NCBI GenBank assembly: GCA_029717555.1
Contig: JAMDHS010000102.1
Span: forward strand, 49,313 to 69,312
Length of the DNA: 20,000 nt
Source: Peribolospora baueri
Lineage: Eukaryota
Direction of reading: 5' to 3'
This document shows, in pieces, positions 10,643-20,000 of this stretch (position 1 is the first letter of the stretch; every line of letters starts with the position of its first letter). Made by a program: the position numbers and the translations under genes. Under the pieces are notes generated by a model. The model was not told the origin of the DNA and made no database searches. It was given only the letters and a program-made list of their open reading frames with translations.

Positions 10643-11468
10643 TTACCGCTCTTTCTTCTCCATCAGCCGCTCCTTGCCTCCAGTGACCGGCGTGCTAGGC
10701 ACCTCACCCCCTCCCTCCCCCTCAAGGTTTCCTTCCTCCGGCACCGTATTCGTGCTGGCGTTCGGAGTGAGCGCTCTATCCTTGAAGAGCGGAGGGAGAA
10801 AGATGGCCGGGTGGCGGTTGTAGATGGGATAGGGTGGTACAATCGCCTGTGGGACGAAGAAAAGGGGCGAGTGAGGACGTGGGCGATGAGAGGAGCACCG
10901 TCAATTCGATCCTCCTCCGGCATGCGACGAGACACGCCACTGATATCCCGAGAGCGCCAAGAAAGGGGGAGAAGACTAACCACCAGCGCGACGGCAACCC
11001 CGACGGCAAAGACGATAAGACAAATCAACAACGACTGGAGCACGAAACCGATAGAGAAGCCAGCGACCTGCAAGCACATATGATGGAAGACAACAGGAAA
11101 CAACAGCGACGCGGGAGTGAGGTCCACCAAGCACAAAGAGACGATGCAGGCCAGATCGCCGGTCGCACTCACGGCAGAGCCGATGATAATCTGCTGTGAG
11201 AGCTTTTCGACGACCCGTTGTCCCTCGTAGTCCTGCCGGTAAGAAAGAACACGATTGATGATTGAGAGGGGCTGAAACAAACCAAGCGGGCGCAAAGGCG
11301 CAAAAGTAGCAGCAAGTCCTGCCTCGCGTCGCCTAGAAGGCTTGGCCCGGCGCCAGGACTTCGGCCGTCCATCAAGCATTGGCAATCGTAGACTGGCGTG
11401 AAGCTACTCACGATCTTGCCCTCTACCACCCTGTTCACCATATCCTTCAGTGAGTTAAAAGGGTCCAT
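10643..11468 (-). CDS. SPC1: Microsomal signal peptidase complex 12 kDa subunit (Spc1/SPC12), 4 exons, 135 aa
   Basis: Exons 11468-11412, 11232-11173, 11067-10981, 10846-10643, all phase 0. Motifs: EGKI|DYEGQRVVE, two hydrophobic TM segments, and IVPPYPIYNRHP (compare family VPPWPxYNRHP). Confidence 0.92.
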
Positions 11469-12375
11469 TGCATCGGCCGAGATAGCCAGGTCGCAAGTGT
11501 TGTTGACGAAGCGACGTCGTCTGATGAATCCTAGGATGCGGAAAAAAAGAGATTAGATTCGACTCGTCCGCGGTGACGAGGAGGACGACTCGTCCTCGGT
11601 CGCGAAACAAGCGATCTACCTTACACGTATTTGCACGTGACACAAGGCACGTGGTTTTTCAGCCGTATAGTTACGCATATTGCCCTCTTTCATCGGCCGC
11701 GGCGCGCTGTTCGATGAGTTGATGTTGCCGCCGCTCGTCCCCCGCAAGAACTCAAGAGATTCCCTTGCGGGAAGTGGAGGCCCACATGTCGAAGACGCGA
11801 GACGCCGGGAAAGGATAAAAAAACGGCGGGAAAAGTCACGGCTCACTCTACGCTGTTCTACCTTCCCGAAAGCGGTCACAGAACTCGTACCCACCACCGC
11901 GCCTCTGCTTATGACGAAGCAGAACGCGCCCACCGGGACGGCGAAGGAGACCCAATAAGCGCTCTGAGCTCAGTTCTCTCAGCTTTTACTCCAAATTCTC
12001 TACTCCCAGGTCCCCTGAAATCCCACTTGTCCTTTCCCCAGCGTTTCTGCATCTGGTTGTGCTTTGTTTCACACTGCACCGTGAACCGCTTCATGCCTGA
12101 GTTACCTCTCCGCCCGGGTGCATTACCAACTGCGCTCACGACCACGGCAGCGCCCATATGCTCACTGCTTGCTCCGATGCCCTAGAAGAAACTTCCGTGG
12201 CGAGCTTGAGCATGGCAAGAAGCATCGACATTCAAGAAGCGTTTTGCCCGTCCTGCACCTGCAAGCCAAAAGGGGTAGCTAAGCCTAAGCAGTATCGTTT
12301 GACCGAACGGGCCCCGTTCCCGGCCGTGGTCACTCGTCGTATAGCGCCTTTGTTCACCATTGCCTTCCTCCACAG

Positions 12376-13055
12376 GCATGCTGCTGGCTGGAAAGGGACT
12401 CGTATTCTGGGGCGAGCGTCAGAACCGACTAATGAGACGGCGGCGAGTTCAACATCGAGCAATGGGGCGCGTGGCGTTAGCTGCTGGTGAGTTCTTGGGG
12501 ATTTGTTGTGAGCAGCGGGGCGTTTTAAAGTTGTGTGAGCGGCAGGACAATTAGAGGGCCGTCGTGTGTGACGTGATGGCGACTCTTCTTCAGTTTCATT
12601 CCTCCCGGCATACCCTATGTCTGGGTGTGGATTGAGCATGATATCATGACAGGAGGCCGGCCAGCGCTTTCATGTTCACCTGGATCTCATGGCGGAGTCA
12701 AGGGCGCTGCAGGTGACACCAAGGGTACACGCGGACGTCGACCGGACGCTCCTCTCATATGCCTCGTGGCTTTCGACCTTACCATCGGAAGGGGAGTCAT
12801 GATGATGGTTGTGCTCACTATAGTGTGGCTGATCACCTTGGAGTCTCCCCAGATATCACGCTGGTCGACCACAGGGGCCTGTTGGCGCTGGCAAAGATGC
12901 TGGAGGCATCTGTATACGCTAAGGAGGCCCAGGATTTGTTGCGGAAGATCGGCATGGAGGTCCACAAGAACGGCGACGCACAGGAATGGCGATTGAAGGA
13001 GAGGAGGAGGAAAGGCGGAAAAGCCGGAGAGCAGAGAGCCACGAGGAGTATGTGA
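12376..13055 (+). other. Possible exons of an uncharacterised spliced gene; full model not resolved
   Basis: Candidate exon 12376-12486 lies between a CACAG acceptor and a GTGAGT donor. Candidate terminal exon 12853-13055 follows a GCTGAT branch site and CCCCAG acceptor and encodes (D)ITLVDHRGLLALAKMLEASVYAKEAQDLLRKIGMEVHKNG...*. The two are phase-1 compatible. No homology recognised. Confidence 0.3.
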
Positions 13056-13178
13056 GAGGCGCCCGGTCGAAGTCCGTATGAGACGTGGGCGCCCCGCCTT
13101 TTAGGCAAAAATCCATAGCACTGCATTGCATTGCAGCCGAGATATCTATTTGTCACAGTCACTCGTTAGAGATCACAG

Positions 13179-14236
<1,058 letters not shown>

Positions 14237-14515
14237 GGTTGCGAGTCTGCGAGTGGAGCTGAGCACGAAGAGGGAGGAGCGAAGAGAGGGGAGGAGGGTT
14301 ATTGTGGGCCACGCACGGTCTCCGAAGCCTCCTCGTTGGCTGCTCACAGAGGCGCCTCCCGGTCCGCAGCCGCACCGAGCACGTGCTGAGCGGCACAGCG
14401 CGGCGAAAAGCGGAGCCATGTAGCCGCTGGTCGACGTAGCGGTTGGTACATGTAAGCCAGGTGCCTCCCTCCACCACCTCAACCGGCCTTCCCCTCTGCA
14501 TACTCTTCTTGCACC
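14237..14515. promoter_or_regulatory. Compact divergent promoter region between TPI1 and profilin
   Basis: 279 bp separate two head-to-head ATGs, and each gene has a pyrimidine-rich leader on its own strand. Confidence 0.6.
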
Positions 14516-15681
14516 ATGTCTTGGCAGGTGAGTTTGCTCTCGGTGGCCCCATTCCACATCAACAGTGGTTGGGTGTCTTAATTGTGCTGGACATAGCGAC
14601 GGCCAGCTCGTGACGGCCCGAGCGGGCCCGGCCGCTTGTTGTTCGTGGGTCTGACGACATCTGCTTGTTTCCTTTTCCTCGATTGCAGGCGTACGTCGAC
14701 TCCAACCTTGTGTGAGTAATTGCAACTAATTTAAAAAAAAATTGTGCTGCCAAGAACCGCTTGAATGTGTTGGCCGACATGGCAATAGATGCGGTCGTCT
14801 GGCGATCGTGACCCTGTGTCGCGGTGCATGTCACCATCTCATGCTGACATTACACGGATTCCTCGCCTCCAGCGGTACCGGCAAGATTACCAAGGCTGCC
14901 ATCTTGGGCATCAAGGGTGGCGTCTGGGCCTCTTCCGCTGGCTACCAGGTAAGTGTGTCTTGCATCGTAGAGCCTTGTGTAAATTCTAGGAATACGGTAC
15001 CCCTGCGTTTCACGCCGCGGGAGATGCGTGGCCGCCGCAGCGTGAAGCGCTTTGTAGTCGCTCTTGCTTTCGTTCGTGAGAAATCTTTTGCAGGGCGACT
15101 GCTCACAGCACGTTTCTTTTCTTGCTTTGTCCCGCTTGTCATCTCCTGCTCCGGTTTGCCTAGATCGCGCCGGCGGAGCAGCAAACCCTGACGGCTGGCT
15201 TCACGGACCCAGCGACCTTGCAGGCGAGCGGCATTCATTTGTCTGGCAGCAAGTTCTTCACGCTGCAGGCCAATGAGAGGAGCGTGTACGGGAAGAAGAA
15301 CGTGAGGTTGTTCGGCGTTCCGTCGGGTTTGAGAACCATGGTCGACGCGTCTGGCCGTCTATGAATATCTCTTTGCTCACCTCTTGTGTCGTCTTCATTT
15401 GACGATTACCCTTCCGCCTCTTTCTGCACTTGCCCCGTACGTGTCTGTTCTGTCTACTCTCCAGGACACTGGCGTGATCTGCGTCAAGACCAACCAGGCT
15501 ATCCTCGTGGGCGAGTACGGTTCGGGCACTGCGCCTGGCGAGGCGACCAAGATCGTCGAGGCGCTCGCGGACTATCTCATCGGTAGCGGTTACGTGAGTC
15601 AGCTAGCCTTTGTTGCTAGGTTGGAACGGCAAGTCTGACTCTCTTCATCCCCCCCGTCACCCGTCTCCCGGGCTGTAGTAA
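14516..15681 (+). CDS. PFY1: Profilin, 6 coding exons, 126 aa
   Basis: Exons 14516-14527, 14689-14711, 14873-14948, 15164-15301, 15465-15593, 15679-15681 (381 nt). Protein: [33 protein letters not shown]...SVYGKK...[11 protein letters not shown]...[13 protein letters not shown]. Confidence 0.96.
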
Positions 15682-15932
15682 GATTTCCCTGTCGCCGTGG
15701 TGCCGCTCTTCCCTGTCTGGAGGCGCTTCCGTCCTGCAATACCAAAGCATCCTTGCACTTCCTTAGTCCTTCTCCTTTCATCCATCAGATCTTTGAACAT
15801 GTGATTTCGAGAACATCCGAGAACAATTTACGTGATTTGCCAATACGAAATCCTTCCAGAGACCGGAAGAATCTCACCATGAGAATGCCGATTTTGCCTG
15901 TTTCTTCAACCGCCGGTCGCTCGCCCGCGCTT

Positions 15933-17056
15933 ATGGATGGATGGATTAATCCGCTTATCAAGTCCGTATACAGGTCGTGGACAGCCTAGAGGGAATATAA
16001 AGAGACGCAACAGCGGGAAGGGTTTACTGCGGTAGGGCGACTGCGGTAGCCGTCGCCAGCCGACGGCGGGTGTAAAAAAGGGGGGAAACAGAGAAGTGGA
16101 AGGTATCTACCAGAGGCGACACGTAGGAGTCGGCCCTGTTCGAGCTAGGCAAGAGGGACACTTCAGGACTCAAAACGTCTGTACGGCATACCCCAAAATG
16201 GAGATCGCAGGGGAGCGCAAATTGGTGTTGGTGTCGCAGGCAGGGTCGCCACGGAGTGAGTGGGCAATCGGTGCGAGGGAGGTATTGCAGCTCCTAGGCG
16301 GCATCGGTGATGAAGCGGGCGCCTGACCCTTCTCCAAAGGAGAGGAGAAAGCGGCCAGTGTCTCTGAGGAACCGGGCCGTCAAGGGAAGGGCGAGGGGAT
16401 CGAAGAGGAGTGTGTGTAGGTCCTGGGTGGGGAGTCGGCGCGCAGCGAGGGATTCTCTAAGGCGACGGCGATGTTCTCGCCACCTGGGGCAGAAGAGGAG
16501 AAAGTGCGCTACAGTCTCAGTTCTCTGGCAGGAGGGACACATGTCAGAATCGGCGGCCTTGACTCTGTGCAGGTAGCTGCGTAGAGGACAGTGCCCAGAG
16601 CGAAGCTGGACGATGAGAGCGGCCGCGCCCCTTCCCAGGCGGGCTAGCGCGTCAAGGGAGTCCTCAGAGGAAGCGTCGCGGCGGAGGTGAGCGTGCCACC
16701 CTCCGGCCGTTTCGTTGCGCAGGCCGTAGGACGGTCCTGGTCTCTTGGCAGAGGCGACTTGCGAACGCATCATCTTGGCGGCCGCTGGAGAGCGTGGAAG
16801 ACTCCGCAGGAGATCGTTGAGGGCCGCGTCCCAGGGTCCGGTGTTTTCCCCGGGCCTCCCAGCCGCCGCCGCCTTGGCGAGGGCATCGGCGAGCTCATTG
16901 CCGGCGACATCGGAGTATCCAGGGCACCAGCGTGCGTAGATTTTGACTTTGTATTGGGAGCGGAGAAGTAGAGCCGAACGGTGGATGGCCATGAGGAGGG
17001 TTTGACCGGCGCGACATCTGGGGGGCCCGTCTAGGACACGGAGAACTGCCTGGTTG
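15933..17056 (-). mobile_element. 3' end of a Tad1-like non-LTR retrotransposon (LINE): partial RNase H, C-terminal zinc finger, 3' UTR and (ATCC)n tail
   Basis: The reading frame from 17055 to the stop at 16294 gives NQAVLR...GQ...RWCPGYSDVAGNELADALAK (RNase H C-terminal half), then QLRSGHCPLRSYLHR...CPSCQRTETVAHFLLFCPRW (Cx2Cx7Hx4C). A pyrimidine-rich 3' UTR ends in GCGGATTA(ATCC)3AT at 15946-15933. The tail and 3' boundary are inferred. Confidence 0.88.
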
Positions 17057-17444
17057 TGTCAGGGAGGACTTACCTACTCAGTCGGGTCACGAGCGAAGGA
17101 CGCAGGACGGAATGGAGGTCCACCGGAAGTCGAGGCAAAGCAAGGAGCAGGCAAGTCGGGTACAGGGATGAGGACAGGAACGAGGGTGGGGCGGAGGCTG
17201 GGGCTGATGCTGGACGGGGAACTCTGGAGGAAACCTGAGCGGTGACAAAAGTATTCTTAGCTTGGGGAGGAAAGATGCGGACGCCCTGTCGGGCTCTCTT
17301 TATATACACGTTCATGAACCGGTGCAGCACCGTAGCTCTTATGTTCTACCCTTGCAACGCCACAGCTCCTATGTTCCAACCTCGCAACGTCACAGCTCCT
17401 TTGTTCGAGCCTATGAGCACGAGGTTCTGCGGAGCTTTGTGACA
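17057..17444 (-). mobile_element. 3' LTR (388 bp) of a Ty3/Gypsy chromovirus
   Basis: Bounded by perfect 5-bp terminal inverted repeats TGTCA (17057) and TGACA (17444). On the minus strand it is preceded by a PPT-like GGGGGTAT and lies 12 nt after the chromodomain ORF stop. Internal TATATAAA at 17306-17299 (-). The second LTR is not seen in the window. Confidence 0.8.
17324..17411. repeat. Three imperfect 30-bp tandem repeats in the LTR U3 region
   Basis: Units start at 17324 (gcagcaccgtagctcttatgttctaccctt), 17354 (gcaacgccacagctcctatgttccaacctc) and 17384 (gcaacgtcacagctcctttgttcgagcc). Confidence 0.85.
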
Positions 17445-17456
17445 ATACCCCCGGGG

Positions 17457-18105
17457 CTAAGCGTGAGCTCCGCGAGCGCGGTTGAGACGTCGTTGGCCTG
17501 GCTTCTGGGGGTAAGCCGTGTAAAAGTCAACCACAAGGCTGTCGTCGTCGTCAAAGTCACGCGCATCCACCCAGGAGCGCTCCTCAGGACCGTATCCGAC
17601 CCAGTCTACAAGGTATTTCAGCTTGCGGCGGAAGAAACGCGAATCGAGTATCTTGGCAACCTCATACTCTTCTTGCCCCGCCTCGATGATGACGGGAGGT
17701 GGGGGTGAGGCAGAGGGGCGAGAGGACAGAGTGTTTGGGACGAACGGCTCCAGAAGCGAGACATGGAAGACGGGATGGACCTTCATGGAGGCAGGAAGGT
17801 TGTCTTAAAGGCCGAGCTTGAGATCTTCCTGTAAATGGTGAAAGGGCCCAGGCGCTTGGCATCCAGCTTGCCGCTGGGTCATGCCGTCGAGATATGGCGC
17901 CGCATGAGCCACACCTTGTCCCCAGGCTCGAAAGGAGGGGCTTCAGACCTAAGCCGGTTCGCATACTTGGCGTGCCTGACGAGAGCCGTTCGGATAATGT
18001 CCGCTGCCTACCGATGCGTCTCCTGAAGCCGTCTCGAGTCGCTAAGGGTCACCTCTAGTCTCCGGTGATATCCATAATTCGCGAAGAAGGGAGTCATGCC
18101 GATGA
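17457..18105 (-). pseudogene. Degenerate Ty3/Gypsy pol 3' end: integrase C-terminus (GPY/F region) and chromodomain
   Basis: GMTPFFANYGYH...THR*AADI...FEPGDKVWL...STA*PSGKLDAKRLGPFTI...AFK, a frameshift near 17804, then [18 protein letters not shown]...[12 protein letters not shown]...[15 protein letters not shown]. In-frame stops at 18010-18008 and 17881-17879. Confidence 0.92.
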
Positions 18106-18579
18106 ATAGCATAGACATGGCGGAGGGCTGAGAAAAGGGAGGTGGCGGCGTCGGTTCGATCAGAAGGTGGCGGCCGCTGACGGGAAGACGACCAGGCCGG
18201 TGGTGGTGGGGGCGTCACTGAAGAGGGAGGGCTACTCCCAGGTCGCCACTGGTGATGGTAGTAGAAGTACTTCCTGAAAACAGGCCCTTGCGCGTCGCCG
18301 TCGCCGTCATCGTCGCCGCGAAGCTTCCACACGCGACCGGACCGGACTCGACGTCGCCCGAGCGGTGAGCGCCGACCACAGCAAGGCGGAGGCAACGGGA
18401 AAGCCACGTGGAAAGCGGCAACTCGTCCGTCACGCCCTTATATTCACAAACTTTATTTGTCCACTCCGCAGCAGAGCCTCATTCGACACACGTACCATTC
18501 TTCCTCTCCACAACCTTTCTTCTTCTTATCATGGCCTGACCTCAACCAGCACAAGCTCCAACACCAAAACCAACAAACC

Positions 18580-18984
18580 ATGAGCCGGTCCCACTCCTCC
18601 GACACGTCTTCGCAGTTGGGCGCGCTCGCCACTCTTCGCGCACACATAGATCTCACCGCACTGGTGTAGGTCGCGTCTGCACTCCGCGGCGACGGCATCT
18701 TGTGTCGTCTTGCAAACGAAGAGCCGGGTTACGGGGCTTTCAACGCGGTCTCGTGTCTCGAGTTCGCCGACGGCGTCAGGTGGCCGGCGAAGATGCCGCT
18801 CGTCTACGATGAAGAATGGATGCAGAAGCGAGGGATGAACAGAGAACCGGCCCACGCGTCAGTAAGGGTGGATTTAGAGCGCATACGAACAAGGCGGGAA
18901 TCATCACGCCGATACCAGAGGGGAGGGGTGACACCACTTGCGACCGTCTGCGATCCTCACGGTTGGATGAGCTCTTGGAGGTGA
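18580..18984 (+). pseudogene. Fungal APH/phosphotransferase (kinase-like) family N-terminal fragment, disrupted
   Basis: From ATG 18580: ...HIDLTALV*VASALRGDGILCRL...GYGAFNAVSCLEFADGVRWPAKMPL, which resembles the fungal APH-like N-lobe pattern (LxxxASxLRxGxxC...GxFNxVxxLxFxDGxxWxxRxP). In-frame TAG at 18667-18669; similarity fades downstream. Confidence 0.6.
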
Positions 18985-20000
18985 TCGACATCTGTCTGAT
19001 GACCACACGAGTCATTCGCCTGATAGCAGTCGAGGCGGCCGATGAGATGACTCACTTCGATCCACTTTGATACCAACGTTTGGTATACTCAAAAATCGAA
19101 CGATGACCACGTTAATCGATGGCATTTAACAGGCTCATGGCATCAAACCCCCGAAAAAAAGGAGACGTTTGAAGGAAGGGACGTGGCACGTTCGTACACG
19201 TTGTGGCCGTCTACTGGCCCTCGGGAGAAATTCGGCACCGTCAGCACCCTGAAATAAGAGACTCATGCAGTTGTTCAAGGCGCCCAGGACTACTAGGACG
19301 AACATGCCCTTGGAAAACTGGATACAGCCGGAAGATTGGACGTCCCCAAGGTATTTGGCGAGCAGCTTCTAAAACCTATTGGCGGTAGTTTCCCTACGGA
19401 CTGTCGCCAGTTGCTCCCTACCTTTTCTAGTTTTGGTGTGTCTGATCGAAGGCTATACGGCCAAAGACGAGCTATGCATTGTTGCGACCGCCAGTTTGCC
19501 ACTGAAACAGAAAGTGGAACGGAGGATATGATCGCCGTCGATTGACGGACTTGGCAGCAGTGTCGACAATCGTAAACTTTTCGGAGCTCGAGGCAAGTTT
19601 GCCGGCTGTTGTAATTCGCCTCAGGTGAACGAGGGGCCCGCTATTCTGTCGTTGACAGACCCGGCCAAATGTATCAAAGACGATCATCAGCACAGAGGTA
19701 CTGCACGTACTGGCATAGAGTAAGCAATAGAGTCGGTCCAGGCTCAAAATCAAGGCAACTGGATAACTCTGCGCCACGACAACGTACTCAGAGCCGAAAG
19801 CGTCTGGTCAAGTTGCAAAACCTTGATGGAGCCAGCGCCTACGTTTATGCCTAGGGCCATTTAAATTTTTTTTTTTTTTTCAATTTTGCAGAAGCGGCAT
19901 TGAATTCTGCGATCCTGTTGCGGGACTGAGCGCCATATGCAGTGTGCACGGGATCGCTTGCCGCCACACCAACGTCTGACGTCTGAATACAATTCATTCA

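Noticed and set aside
12797..12834. C box (ATGATGA) and D box (CTGA) suggesting a C/D snoRNA
   Set aside because: The boxes span only ~35 nt, too short, and the CTGA is better explained as a branch-point sequence.
14528..14872. Profilin introns 1 and 2 are both 161 nt
   Set aside because: The two introns share no visible sequence similarity; probably coincidence.
17324..17411. 30-bp repeats as a CRISPR-like array
   Set aside because: The units are contiguous with no spacers, lie inside an LTR, and the context is eukaryotic.
19866..19880. T15 run as the poly(A) tail of a retroposed element
   Set aside because: No element body or target-site duplication is recognisable in the remaining 120 bp, so it cannot be supported.

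Overview
Eukaryotic, GC-rich, intron-rich DNA, most likely from a basidiomycete fungus (inferred from GTGAGT/GTAAGT donors, CTGAC/CTAAC branch points, YAG acceptors and 70-215 nt introns). The ORF track is fragmented by introns, so genes were rebuilt by hand from splice sites, and every model closes in frame. From left to right: (1) a divergent NDT80/PhoG-family transcription factor hidden across six exons (+, <1-1921); (2) mitochondrial release factor RF1 (-, 2478-4214), head-to-head with (3) RNase P/MRP subunit Rpp1/p30 (+, 4585-6170); (4) an 881-aa class I SAM-dependent methyltransferase-domain protein (-, 6891-9823); (5) signal peptidase subunit Spc1/SPC12 (-, 10643-11468); (6) a possible orphan spliced gene (+, ~12376-13055); (7) triosephosphate isomerase (-, 13179-14236), head-to-head with (8) profilin (+, 14516-15681). 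The right end is degenerate: the 3' end of a Tad1-like LINE cut inside RNase H by the 3' LTR of a chromodomain Ty3/Gypsy remnant, then an APH/kinase-like pseudogene. The most notable item is the Ndt80-like gene, with its DNA-binding domain at the extreme C-terminus and altered signature motifs. All homology calls come from recognising motifs by eye, not from database searches.
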